Both the position numbers and the translations under genes were made by a program. A DNA stretch of 31,372 nucleotides from the IMG/VR virus record IMGVR_UViG_3300033067_000414, positions 1 through 31,372 of that record. The stretch is one strand, 5' to 3'. This DNA is from a virus (lineage: Duplodnaviria > Caudoviricetes). The number at the start of each line of letters is the position of its first letter. Position 1 is the first letter of the stretch. The notes below the pieces were generated by a model. It made no database searches. It was given only the letters and a program-made list of their open reading frames with translations, and was not told the DNA's origin. Below, in pieces: positions 16,259-26,089 of this stretch.

Positions 16259-17218
16259 ATGGCAGTTATTAGCAATACATTTCAAACCTATACCGCAAAA
16301 GGTATTAGAGAATCTTTATCAGACATCATTTCACGTGTTGAGCCTGAAGAAACCCCTTTACAGTCAAATGCTAAAAAGGAAACCATTTCAAATAGGCTGC
16401 ACGAGTGGCAAACACAGGCACTAGCTGCACCTGATTTAAACAACGCACACGTTGAGGGTGACGACACCACATATCAGGCGATCACGCCAACTGTTACCAT
16501 TAACGCTTACACTCAGATCATGAAGAAATCTTTCTTGATCGCTGAAACCCAAGAGGTTGTTGAGAAAGCAGGACGTGCATCCGAGATCAATTATCAAAAG
16601 ATTCTCAAAGGTTTAGAGTTGCGCCGCGATGCTGAAGCGATCATGTTGAGCAACCAAGGAACGGCGGTTGGTGATGGTTCTACCACGCCCCGTAAGCTGC
16701 CATCTTTGTTAGCTTACATAAAGACCAATACCAACATTGGTGCAACTGGTGCCAACCCTGTTTACACAAACAGCCCAACCGCTACCAGGACTGATGGAAC
16801 GCAGCGGGCATTTACTGAAGCAATGGTTAAAGATGTGCTGCAACAAATGTACCGTAATGGTGCCAAAACTGACATGGTAATGGTTGGGCCTGTCAATAAG
16901 CAGCGTTTTTCAACATTTGCAGGTATTGCCCAGCAACGAACTGAAACTGGAAAAAAACCTGCAACGATTGTTGCCGCAGCTGATTATTACCTGAGCGACT
17001 TTGGCTTGGTTGCGATTACTCCAAACATTTTTATGCGTGAGCGTGATGCATTGTTTATTGATACAAATTATGTATCAATCGCAACTTTGCGCCCGTACAA
17101 ATGCGAAGAGATGGCCAAAACCGGGGATGCTCGAAAGTTTATGTGCCTGCAAGAGTTGACGCTAAAAGTCACAAACGAACGAGCATTGGGCGGTGTGTTT
17201 GATTTAACCACGGTTTAA
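16259..17218 (+). CDS. Major capsid protein (DUF5309/SU10-like)
   Basis: 'GIRESLSDII..VEPEETP', 'HEWQTQAL', 'YTQIMKK', 'ELRRDAE', 'YLSDFG', 'KTGDA'; followed by a terminator. Confidence 0.9.
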   Translation: MAVISNTFQTYTAKGIRESLSDIISRVEPEETPLQSNAKKETISNRLHEWQTQALAAPDLNNAHVEGDDTTYQAITPTVTINAYTQIMKKSFLIAETQEVVEKAGRASEINYQKILKGLELRRDAEAIMLSNQGTAVGDGSTTPRKLPSLLAYIKTNTNIGATGANPVYTNSPTATRTDGTQRAFTEAMVKDVLQQMYRNGAKTDMVMVGPVNKQRFSTFAGIAQQRTETGKKPATIVAAADYYLSDFGLVAITPNIFMRERDALFIDTNYVSIATLRPYKCEEMAKTGDARKFMCLQELTLKVTNERALGGVFDLTTV

Positions 17219-17223
17219 TGTTT

Positions 17224-17243
17224 GGGGCTTCGGCCCCTTTTTT
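17224..17243 (+). terminator. Rho-independent terminator
   Basis: GGGGC-TTCG-GCCCC followed by T6. Confidence 0.9.
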
Positions 17244-17283
17244 ACAATAAATATTGGTAAGTGTTTATTGCAAAGAGGGAAAA

Positions 17284-17574
17284 ATGAAGTTGCTTATTGC
17301 AAAGAAAAATGGAAGTGTAACTTGGTATCACAAGCATGCGGATGACAGCGTGACCATTCAAACGCTAAGAGACGAAACCAAAACTGTAGAAGAAAACAAA
17401 GCATTACACAACATGACATCCAAGCTGGACAGGTATGGCGATGGCCGCTTAGTTTTGCGCGGCGTACCGCATGAATTGACTATGAAATGGCGCAAGCGTG
17501 GTTGGTTTGAAAAAGGCAAAGAACACTTGATTTTAAACGACCCCGAAGCACAAAAATACAAGGTGTTTGGATGA
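17284..17574 (+). CDS. Hypothetical protein (post-capsid)
   Basis: ATG 17284 after GAGGGA; ATGA overlap with the next gene. Confidence 0.7.
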   Translation: MKLLIAKKNGSVTWYHKHADDSVTIQTLRDETKTVEENKALHNMTSKLDRYGDGRLVLRGVPHELTMKWRKRGWFEKGKEHLILNDPEAQKYKVFG

Positions 17575-18170
17575 ATTTTGCTGATTATGATGGATTGAAG
17601 TCTGCGATTTCTGATGAACTTAATCGCACCGATTTGTCTTCTGCTATTTCTGGTTTTATTAGTTTATGCGAGGCACAAACAGAGCGAGAAATTAGAACAA
17701 AGGAAATGATTGCCTCAATACCTTTTGTGATTGATGCTGCCTACAAAAACTTGCCCGATGAATTTCTTGAGGTTCGCAGCTTTTGGTTAAACACGAACCC
17801 AAAAAAACAGATTGAATACCAAACAATTGAGCATTTATTAAATGAAAATGAGCCATTGAATGCTTACACGATTGTTGGCGGTCAATTTATGTTTTCGCCT
17901 GCGCCAAGTGAAGCAGCAAATGCGACTCTGGTTTATTACAAACAAATTCCAAAGCTAAGCAATGCGAATCAAACAAATTGGTTGCTTTCAAAGCATCCAG
18001 ATTTGTATTTTTATGGCTCATTGGTGCATTCTGCGCCATATCTCAAAGAAGACGCCAGAATCCAAGTGTGGGCTGGGATGTATGCCAATGTAATACAGCG
18101 CATAATTGCTTCGGATGACCGTTCATCGACCGCATCCAATAACTTAAAATCAAACGCTAGGGTGTTCTAA
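17571..18170 (+). CDS. Head-tail adaptor protein
   Basis: 'YDGLKSAISDELNRTDL...FISLCEA', 'LPDEFLEVR', 'TNWLLSKHPDLYFYGSL' plus synteny. Confidence 0.75.
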   Translation: MNFADYDGLKSAISDELNRTDLSSAISGFISLCEAQTEREIRTKEMIASIPFVIDAAYKNLPDEFLEVRSFWLNTNPKKQIEYQTIEHLLNENEPLNAYTIVGGQFMFSPAPSEAANATLVYYKQIPKLSNANQTNWLLSKHPDLYFYGSLVHSAPYLKEDARIQVWAGMYANVIQRIIASDDRSSTASNNLKSNARVF

Positions 18171-19714
18171 TGGCTGACGAAATACTACCGAATTTAAGCA
18201 TTGAGCTACCCGATGTTGGCGCAGATGACGACGCATGGGGAAATATTTTAAATGACGGCTTGAGAAAAATAGACCAGGCAACCACACTTGGGATTTTGAC
18301 TAAAACGCTGTCAAACGTCAATGTGACATTGACCAATTCAGAGTTGACCAAGGGCGTTATCAATTTGGTTGGCGCAATCACTGCAAACGTTTCAGTCATC
18401 ATTCAGCCAAGCCCAACCCGCTTGTATCACATCAGAAACGCCACAACAGGCGCATTCACTGTTACAGTTCGCACTCCCAGCGGAACAGGGGTGCAGATAA
18501 CCCAAGGTTTCAGCACTTGGGTGTACAGCGACGGGGTAAACATTGTTCATGCTGGCACTAGCTTGTCCAACACTTTTTACATCAACAACGGCAATGTTGG
18601 CATTGGGACTTTTGGCCCTACCGCCACGCTTTCTGTTCAAAATACTGGGGCCGGGCTTGGTCAAATAGCTAGATTTACTCGGTTTAATGGCTCGGACAAT
18701 GCGGCACTCAGGGTTGATATTGACGCTGGACAAAACATGGTCTATTTTGATTCCACGGGAGCGTCAAGTGGTGGATTTACCTTTAGACGCGGCGGTGCTG
18801 ACAGTGTTGTTTTTGATTCTAGCGGGCGTGTTGGGGTTGGAGTTCAACCAAGTCAATGGGCGGGAAATCGATCGGTTCTACAGATTAAAGGCGGGAGCAC
18901 TCAGGGTGGCTGCTCGCTGGTTTCCGGCAGTGAAAACCAAGCAATTTTAGTTACAAATGCTTATTCTGATGGCACATCTTTTAAATATCTAACATCAAAT
19001 CAAGCAACTATGTACCAACAATTTTTAGGTGCACATTCTTGGTTGTCGTCAGCTTCAGGAACGGCGGGGGGAAATGTAAACTTTGTAGAGGTTGCACAAA
19101 TAACACCTTCTGGTTTCTTCAAGTCAAGCAATACGGGGTCAATAACAACAGCAGGCGGGGCGACTTCTTTGCAAAATCTGCCTTCTCACCACTTTCAAAG
19201 TAGTGAGAACCAAATGGTTTTGTATGCAGCAAGCACTAACGCAGGCCCAAACACTGAGATTTACCGTTCAGATTTGCCAACCACGTCAACCGGGTATCAT
19301 TTTCTTTCAACACTTGATAATTCTGGCGCTGTATATCGCGTATTAGCAAACGGCAACGTGCAAAACATAAACAACAGTTATGGCGCAATTTCAGATGCAA
19401 AACTGAAAGAAAACATCACAGACGCAACGCCAAAACTTAATGATTTAATGCGATTGAGGGTTGTTAATTACAATTTAGTTGGGACTAATTTAAAACAAAT
19501 TGGGCTAATTGCCCAAGATGTTGAGAAAATTTTCCCCGCTTTGGTTGAGCAGACCCCAGATATAAATGCACAAACAAAAGAATTAACCGGCACAAGCACA
19601 AAAAGCATAAAATATTCTGTTTTAATCCCGATTATGTTAAAGGCAATTCAAGAACTTCAAGAGCTAAACAATAGATTAAGTCAAAGAATTTCCGATTTAG
19701 AGGATAATCAGTAA
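18170..19714 (+). CDS. Tail fibre with C-terminal intramolecular chaperone (peptidase S74)
   Basis: N-terminal 'LPDVGADDDAWGNILN' anchor; 'GNVGIGT' repeats; 'SDAKLKENI...IGLIAQDVEKIFPALV...LKAIQEL'. Confidence 0.9.
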   Translation: MADEILPNLSIELPDVGADDDAWGNILNDGLRKIDQATTLGILTKTLSNVNVTLTNSELTKGVINLVGAITANVSVIIQPSPTRLYHIRNATTGAFTVTVRTPSGTGVQITQGFSTWVYSDGVNIVHAGTSLSNTFYINNGNVGIGTFGPTATLSVQNTGAGLGQIARFTRFNGSDNAALRVDIDAGQNMVYFDSTGASSGGFTFRRGGADSVVFDSSGRVGVGVQPSQWAGNRSVLQIKGGSTQGGCSLVSGSENQAILVTNAYSDGTSFKYLTSNQATMYQQFLGAHSWLSSASGTAGGNVNFVEVAQITPSGFFKSSNTGSITTAGGATSLQNLPSHHFQSSENQMVLYAASTNAGPNTEIYRSDLPTTSTGYHFLSTLDNSGAVYRVLANGNVQNINNSYGAISDAKLKENITDATPKLNDLMRLRVVNYNLVGTNLKQIGLIAQDVEKIFPALVEQTPDINAQTKELTGTSTKSIKYSVLIPIMLKAIQELQELNNRLSQRISDLEDNQ

Positions 19715-21306
19715 TGCTTATCCCTTTGCAAATTCCGCCCGGTGTTTACAAAAACGGCACTGAATACCAAGCCAAAGGCAGGTGGGGGGATTGTGATTTA
19801 GTGCGCTGGTTTGAGGGAACATTAAGGCCGATTGGCGGATGGCGTAATGTAATTGGTGGAACACCTAGAGTAAATCAGCAATTGATTGGGCTTGCTAGGG
19901 GTGCGCATGCTTGGCGCAATAATGGCGTTGAGCGATATTTATCAATTGGCACACACACAAAACTTTTTGCACGCCAAGGAAATTCAAGCGGATTCGTTGA
20001 CATAACCCCAGCTGGATTGGTTGCTGGATTCCAGAACTCAGGCGCAAATACAGGCTATGGTGGCGGCCCATATGGTTACGGCTTGTATGGTACAAAACGG
20101 AACATTGAAAGCATTTCGCAAATTGCAACAACTTGGAGCTTTGACAATTTCGGCGAAAACTTGGTGGCGGTACACAGTCAAGATGGCAAGCTATACACGT
20201 GGGAATTAAACACAGCAACACCAGCAACTGAAGTAATTGCAAGCGCTGGCACTACTCCATTAAACAATAAGGGGGTTTTGGTAACCGATGAAAGGTTTGT
20301 GTTTTTGTTGCAATCAAACGGCAACAGAAGACAGGTCACATGGAGCGACCAAGAAGATTTGACAAACTGGCAAATTACAGCGACAACACAATCCGGTTCT
20401 TTCGAGTTGCAAACAAATGGCGAGATCATGGCTGCCAAACGATTGCGCGGCCAAGTGTTGATCGTTACCTCAGAAGATGCGCACACAGCCCAATATCTTG
20501 GCCCCCCATTGGTTTATGGTTTTGAGCGCGTTGGTACTGGTTGTGGTTGCATATCAAGAAATGCAGTAGTTGTTATAGATAAAGCGGCAATATGGATGGG
20601 TGAAAATTCGTTTTTCATGTACGACGGATATGTGCGTTCCATACCTTGTGATGTTTCTGATTATGTTTTTGGCCGAATTAACCAAAGCCAAAAAGCAAAA
20701 GTATGGGTATCGCACAATTCTGAATTTGGGGAGGTAACATTTTATTACCCGCATTTAATCGAGGTTGATTCATACGTCACTTACAATTACGGCGAGAACC
20801 ATTGGTCTGTTGGCAATATGGCACGAACAACGGGCGTGGATGCGGGCGTGTTTTTGAACCCGATAAAAGTTGCGACCGACGGTTTTGTTTATGAGCACGA
20901 GACTGGTTTTAATTACGGCAACACGCTCCCCTATGCTGAATCTGGCCCAATAGAACTTGGGCAAGGCGACCAAGTAATGATGGCCAAGTATTTATATCCT
21001 GATGAAAAAAACCAAGGCGAGGCTGAAATTCTTTTTTCATCGCGGTTTTACCCAAACGCGGAAAAGTCACAGCATGGCCCTTACAGCACTCAAAACCCTA
21101 CATCAATAAGATTTACAGGGCGAAAATTTGCGATAAGGGTGCAAGGAGTAGACCCGGCTGAAACACTATTGGCTGATTTGTCTGACGATTTTGCCGTGGA
21201 TGAACAAGGCACATTATTACAGGTTGGCATTGATTCCACCGTACAAAACAAAAGCTGGCGTTTTGGAGCTCAACGCATAGATGTTGAAACCGGGGGGGTT
21301 AGATGA
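19714..21306 (+). CDS. Tail nozzle / DNA stabilization protein (P22 gp10-like)
   Basis: 'PPGVYKNGTEYQAKGRW', 'WSFDNFGENL', 'WSDQED'; beta-propeller-like composition; synteny. Confidence 0.7.
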   Translation: MLIPLQIPPGVYKNGTEYQAKGRWGDCDLVRWFEGTLRPIGGWRNVIGGTPRVNQQLIGLARGAHAWRNNGVERYLSIGTHTKLFARQGNSSGFVDITPAGLVAGFQNSGANTGYGGGPYGYGLYGTKRNIESISQIATTWSFDNFGENLVAVHSQDGKLYTWELNTATPATEVIASAGTTPLNNKGVLVTDERFVFLLQSNGNRRQVTWSDQEDLTNWQITATTQSGSFELQTNGEIMAAKRLRGQVLIVTSEDAHTAQYLGPPLVYGFERVGTGCGCISRNAVVVIDKAAIWMGENSFFMYDGYVRSIPCDVSDYVFGRINQSQKAKVWVSHNSEFGEVTFYYPHLIEVDSYVTYNYGENHWSVGNMARTTGVDAGVFLNPIKVATDGFVYEHETGFNYGNTLPYAESGPIELGQGDQVMMAKYLYPDEKNQGEAEILFSSRFYPNAEKSQHGPYSTQNPTSIRFTGRKFAIRVQGVDPAETLLADLSDDFAVDEQGTLLQVGIDSTVQNKSWRFGAQRIDVETGGVR

Positions 21307-21497
21307 TTTTAGCGCAATCAAACGATGAAGTATCTCGAAAAAATTTCAAAGCAATCGAGATGGAAGATAAGCTAAACTACAAGCGTAATCAAGATGTTGA
21401 ATTTGGTAAAAACCGTTTAATTTTGACCGCACCGAATGGCACAAGATATGCAATAACTGTTAACAATTTGGGCGTTTTAACCACGGTGGCCCTATGA
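21303..21497 (+). CDS. Small virion-associated hypothetical protein
   Basis: ATGA overlaps; 'RLILTAPNGTRYAITVNNLGVL'. Confidence 0.7.
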   Translation: MILAQSNDEVSRKNFKAIEMEDKLNYKRNQDVEFGKNRLILTAPNGTRYAITVNNLGVLTTVAL

Positions 21498-23194
21498 ATT
21501 TAGACGACATTTTTAATCGCATAAAGAAATTTGACTCAAAGCTGTCGCGTGAAGAGTTCGAGAAGGCGTACAAAAAGAACCCCGCTGGGGTAATGCAAAT
21601 TTATGCAGAAACCGCACCAAAGTCAATAATTGGCAGCCAAGTTACTTTACCGGACGGCACAACAGCAACAGTACAGGAAGTTCGAGAAGGTGCGCCAGGC
21701 GGTGCCGCAAATGCTTTAGTAACTCAGTTGGTGACAGATAAAGGCGTGTTTGACGCATACGGTGAGGACTTTGTACAAAAAGGTTTTCAATACTCGCCGC
21801 GTGGAAAAATATTTACGCCGACCCAAGAACACTTGGACGCGATAGAAAAAGGCCAGGTGGCCGTGTTAAATCGAGAGTTGTTTACAGACTTGAATCGGTC
21901 ACCAGACAGCAATTCAGACAATTTGGTTTTGTTTGCTGCTCCCGTGCCTAGTTATTTCCATGTTTCAGATCCAACTGGTTTACGCGAAGACAATCAGGGT
22001 TTTAAAATTGAGGGCTTAGCAAAAGGCGAAAACGGCAAATTGTACTATGCTGGCACAAATGGGGTGTCTGGCAATGGCCAAAAAACATACAGTCTGTTTG
22101 GCGAGCGTGTTGGTTTGCCAGAAGGCATAAACGCGAGAACCACAACGATACAAAAAAAAGGCGGTCTTCTTGGTAGCATAGGACGTGCAATTGCCCCTGT
22201 GTTAGACAATCCAATTGTTAAGCTGGGAGCATCTTTTTTGCCGGGCGGCGCCCCTTTAGTTGCTGCTTTTGAAGCTGGAAAAGTTGGCGGTGCTTTAGCA
22301 TCCGGTCAAATATCATTTTCAGATGCGCTAAAGGGCATGGCCACGGCAGCAGTTGCACAGGGTGTTGGTAAGCTATCTCAAGGGTTTGGCAACGCGGCCA
22401 GCAACGCTATAGGCGGTGCGGCTGGCAATGTGGCATCCAATGCTATACAAGGCGCAGCTACAGGTGCGACAGGCTCGTTATTGTCTGGCGGCGATGTTGG
22501 CAAAGGATTATTAAGCGGCGGGCTTTTTGGCGCTGGACGTGGCGCGGCTGAATCTGCTTTAAGTAACTTGGCTCAATCAAATGAGCCGCTTGGTACTGGT
22601 CTTAACCCAAACGCCAAAGGTTTAGGGTTGCAAATTGGTCCTGAAAAATTTGGGCCTAAGTTTGACTTGCCAAGCACCACGGGTTTCTTGACACAAGCAC
22701 CTACAGTTGGCGGTTTATTAGATGGGGTTACCATCCCGGGCTTAGGCATTAAACCAAACGCACGCGGCGAAGGCTTGCAGCTTCCAAGTTCGCCAAATAT
22801 TGATTTTGGTAGTGGACTAGGCCAAGGGATTACCTTGGGCGTTCCCGGCGGAACATTATCACAATCTGGATTTACTCCGGCTAATCAGGTAAACTTAGGC
22901 GACCCCAATTCGTTTGTAAACAAACCACAGGCCACAAATACTGCGACATCAATTCCAAATTTAAACAAGTTAATTGGTGGCTTGCTTGCAGGCGGTGCAG
23001 CGTCAGGAATTACAAGCGGGCTACTAGGTCAAGGCAGCAATCAACAAACACCCCAAACGGTGTCTGAACTGCCAGTTCAGCGATTCACAAATGCGCCGAC
23101 ATATTCAGGATTTTCTGGTGATTATCAAAAATATGGCGAACAAGATATAGGCAGTTTTCAGTTTTATAGGCCAAACATTGGCCTTTTGGGGTAA
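21494..23194 (+). CDS. Gly-rich internal virion / ejection-type protein
   Basis: 566 aa with glycine-zipper-like G/A/L segments; follows the nozzle gene. Confidence 0.55.
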   Translation: MNLDDIFNRIKKFDSKLSREEFEKAYKKNPAGVMQIYAETAPKSIIGSQVTLPDGTTATVQEVREGAPGGAANALVTQLVTDKGVFDAYGEDFVQKGFQYSPRGKIFTPTQEHLDAIEKGQVAVLNRELFTDLNRSPDSNSDNLVLFAAPVPSYFHVSDPTGLREDNQGFKIEGLAKGENGKLYYAGTNGVSGNGQKTYSLFGERVGLPEGINARTTTIQKKGGLLGSIGRAIAPVLDNPIVKLGASFLPGGAPLVAAFEAGKVGGALASGQISFSDALKGMATAAVAQGVGKLSQGFGNAASNAIGGAAGNVASNAIQGAATGATGSLLSGGDVGKGLLSGGLFGAGRGAAESALSNLAQSNEPLGTGLNPNAKGLGLQIGPEKFGPKFDLPSTTGFLTQAPTVGGLLDGVTIPGLGIKPNARGEGLQLPSSPNIDFGSGLGQGITLGVPGGTLSQSGFTPANQVNLGDPNSFVNKPQATNTATSIPNLNKLIGGLLAGGAASGITSGLLGQGSNQQTPQTVSELPVQRFTNAPTYSGFSGDYQKYGEQDIGSFQFYRPNIGLLG

Positions 23195-23197
23195 AAA

Positions 23198-24850
23198 ATG
23201 GGGATTTTTGATTTTTTAAACAGCCAACAGACTGGCACACAAAACGTCACGACATCAATTGACCCGCAAATTAAACAAGCATACTTGGCAAATTTGAATT
23301 TTGCCGATACCGTAGCATCCAGACCATATCAGCAATACAGCGGGCCAAGAATCGCTGGGCTTACTGCTGATCAACAAAGCGCGATTGACGCAACAAGAGC
23401 GATGCAAGGGCAGGGAAACCAGTTTTTCACTGGTTCTGCAAATACTGTGCAAGACCTAATGGGGTTCAATGCCCCGCAAGTTGGCTACAATGGAGCAAAT
23501 GCCACGGGGTATGATGTAGAGCGCGCCAATCTTGCATCGCTTTTGCCAGCAGTGCAACAAGGTGCTTTTGGATATGACCCAACAAATGTTGTGCGCACAA
23601 ATTTAGGCCCAGCAGTGCAAGCAGGTGCAGCCGGCATTAATCGAGGGAACGTGCGCAATGTTTCCGCTGGTTCTTTTTTGAGCGGCGATATAAACGCCTA
23701 CCAAAACCCATACCAAAATGCAGTAATTGACCAGGTACAAAACGATTTAGGACGTCAGCTAACATTAGACACTCAAAGACTAAACGCGGATGCCGCACGG
23801 TCTGGTGCTTTTGGCGGTACACGAGCCGAAGTGGCTAAGCAAGAATTAGGCAGAAATTATGGCGACCAATTTGCCAGAACTGTTGCGCAGTTAAGAAATC
23901 AAGGCTTTGAAAATGCCGCAAATTTGATGCAATCCGACATCAACAGAAACATGCAGGCGCAGCAAATGAACCAAGGTGTTGATCTAAACATTGCAGGTCA
24001 AAATGCCGGGTTTAGACAAAACACAAACCTTGCAAATCAAGCTGCACGCAATCAATTTGCATTAACTCAGTTTGCCAATGATGCTGCAAACAATCAATTT
24101 AATGCAGCCAATCAAACGGCAGCGGCTCAATATCTGGCTGGGGCAAGGAATACAGCAAGCGCAAACAATGCAGCAGCACAAAACCAAATAAACTTAACTG
24201 GCTTTGGTGCAAAAAATGCATTGAATCAGTTTAATGCAGCTAATCAAATTGGAGCTAATTCATTTTTGGCAGGTGCAAGGAACAATTTTGCTTTGAACAA
24301 TCAGAATCAAGCATTTGCGGCGCAACAAGCAAATCAAGAGGCAGCGTTACAAAGTGCTGGTATTCGTTCTGGTGCTGCTAATCAATATGCCAATTTAGGC
24401 ACTGCACGACAGGCGCAAAATTTGATTGACATCAATGCTTTAATGCAGGCAGGTTTGCTGCAACAAAATCAAACACAGCGGAATTTAGACTTGGCAAATC
24501 AGGATTTTCAAAACCAATTTAATTATCCAGTTCAGCAGCTTGCAATTCGTCAAGGTGCGCTTGGCGCAAACATTCCGATGCTTGGCCAAACCCAATCCAC
24601 GCCAATTTATGAAAATAGGGCGGGTCAGGTTTTGGGGGCTTTGCAAGGAGTAAATAGTTTGCTTGGCAATGGTCAAAGTGGCACTGGTTCGTTTTTAAGC
24701 GGTATTGGGACTGGTATTGGCCGTGGTATTGCTGGATTATTGCCCAATAGCATGAGTTCGCTGGCTGGGTCAATAAATGGATTTTTAGCGCCGAATTATT
24801 TTACAGGCGGCATGAGTAGTGCTGATTATGTCGGCGGATATGATGTTTGA
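23198..24850 (+). CDS. DNA ejection (pilot) protein
   Basis: 'PYQQYSGPRIAGLTADQ', 'YQNPYQNAVI', 'AARSGAFGGTR'; Q/N/A-rich helical repeats. Confidence 0.7.
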   Translation: MGIFDFLNSQQTGTQNVTTSIDPQIKQAYLANLNFADTVASRPYQQYSGPRIAGLTADQQSAIDATRAMQGQGNQFFTGSANTVQDLMGFNAPQVGYNGANATGYDVERANLASLLPAVQQGAFGYDPTNVVRTNLGPAVQAGAAGINRGNVRNVSAGSFLSGDINAYQNPYQNAVIDQVQNDLGRQLTLDTQRLNADAARSGAFGGTRAEVAKQELGRNYGDQFARTVAQLRNQGFENAANLMQSDINRNMQAQQMNQGVDLNIAGQNAGFRQNTNLANQAARNQFALTQFANDAANNQFNAANQTAAAQYLAGARNTASANNAAAQNQINLTGFGAKNALNQFNAANQIGANSFLAGARNNFALNNQNQAFAAQQANQEAALQSAGIRSGAANQYANLGTARQAQNLIDINALMQAGLLQQNQTQRNLDLANQDFQNQFNYPVQQLAIRQGALGANIPMLGQTQSTPIYENRAGQVLGALQGVNSLLGNGQSGTGSFLSGIGTGIGRGIAGLLPNSMSSLAGSINGFLAPNYFTGGMSSADYVGGYDV

Positions 24851-24859
24851 GGATTCAAA

Positions 24860-26089
24860 ATGAGTGCATCATCAATCAAAGGTTTATTGTTTGGCGGCGG
24901 TATTTTGTCTGAGGACGACCTAAACGCAATCAACAAAAATGCTCAAATGCAACAGGCATTGGCATTGTTTGCCGCATCCGGGCCAAGTACATCGCCAACA
25001 AACCTAGGCCAAATTTTGATCGAAGGCAACAAGGTAAGAGATGCTGCATTGTCGCAAGGCATGGAAAGCGCAATGGCCCAGCGTAAGGTTTTGGCAGACC
25101 GCGACCAAAAGCAGCAAATGCGCAATTTGTCCAGCATGTTTACCCAAGGTGAGACCACACCAGAACGTGCAAAACAAATACTGCTTGCTGCGATAGAAAC
25201 AGGCGATCCTGCATTGGTTGAATACGCAAGAAAGTTAAAGGATATGCTTGTTCCTCAATTCAAAACGCAATCTGTGCAAGAATTGATGGTTGATGGAAAG
25301 CCCAAAAAGTTTGCGGTAAGCGAAGATGGCTCAATGCGAGAACTAGGGGTGGCGCCAGAGGATTTGATTCAAGTAGATGCAGGTGGTCAAAAATTGCTTG
25401 TTGGTAAAAGCACCGGCAAGAAAATAGCCGAGTTTGGCGTCACCATGGATCCGTACCAGAAGGCACAAACCAGCATTGGTTACGGTAATTTGGCAAACGC
25501 GCAAGAACGCCTTAGATTTGAACGAGAAAAAGAAAACAGACCATCTTATGATTTTATGACAGTTGACGGAAAGCTAGTGGTTGGTGACAAGCGCACTGGA
25601 CAAGTTACTGGCCAAAATGTCGCAAGCACAAAAGATCAACTGCAGGTTAAAAATGCAGCAGCGGCAATTTCTGAGGCGGCCTCTTTGATTCCAAAAGCAA
25701 CAGGCAGTTATGTTGGCATTGCCAGAGATGAGGCGGCTGGTGCTTTTGGTGTTGGAACAAGCGGGGCTGAGGCGGCGGCACAACTTGATGTTATTGCTGC
25801 AAAATTAACAAGCGCAGTTCCAAGATTTGAGGGGCCGCAAGGCGTGCTTGATGTGCAACTATATCAAAAGGCTGCTGCTGATGTTGGCAACAGGGCGAAG
25901 CCTGCTAATGTTCGCATGGCCGCACTTAGAACAATGGCCGAGTTAACCGCAAAGGACGCAGAGTTAAAAGGCATCCCTCTGCCAGCTGATTTGCAGGGGT
26001 TTATTTCAGGAAATATGCGCCCCAAACAAGAGGCAAACATAAAACAAGATTCAACAAATGGTTGGTCTATTAAGCCAGCGGGGAAATAA
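24860..26089 (+). CDS. Ejection / internal virion protein
   Basis: 409 aa, helical; 'VPRFEGPQGVLDVQLYQKAAA'; within the ejection cluster. Confidence 0.6.
   Translation: MSASSIKGLLFGGGILSEDDLNAINKNAQMQQALALFAASGPSTSPTNLGQILIEGNKVRDAALSQGMESAMAQRKVLADRDQKQQMRNLSSMFTQGETTPERAKQILLAAIETGDPALVEYARKLKDMLVPQFKTQSVQELMVDGKPKKFAVSEDGSMRELGVAPEDLIQVDAGGQKLLVGKSTGKKIAEFGVTMDPYQKAQTSIGYGNLANAQERLRFEREKENRPSYDFMTVDGKLVVGDKRTGQVTGQNVASTKDQLQVKNAAAAISEAASLIPKATGSYVGIARDEAAGAFGVGTSGAEAAAQLDVIAAKLTSAVPRFEGPQGVLDVQLYQKAAADVGNRAKPANVRMAALRTMAELTAKDAELKGIPLPADLQGFISGNMRPKQEANIKQDSTNGWSIKPAGK

Noticed and set aside
17190-17243. Capsid C-terminal frameshift or readthrough extension
   Set aside because: No clear slippery site, and a strong terminator follows the stop immediately.
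11831-19714. Diversity-generating retroelement or invertible fibre cassette
   Set aside because: No reverse transcriptase, invertase or template/variable repeat pair was visible by eye; a dot plot would confirm.
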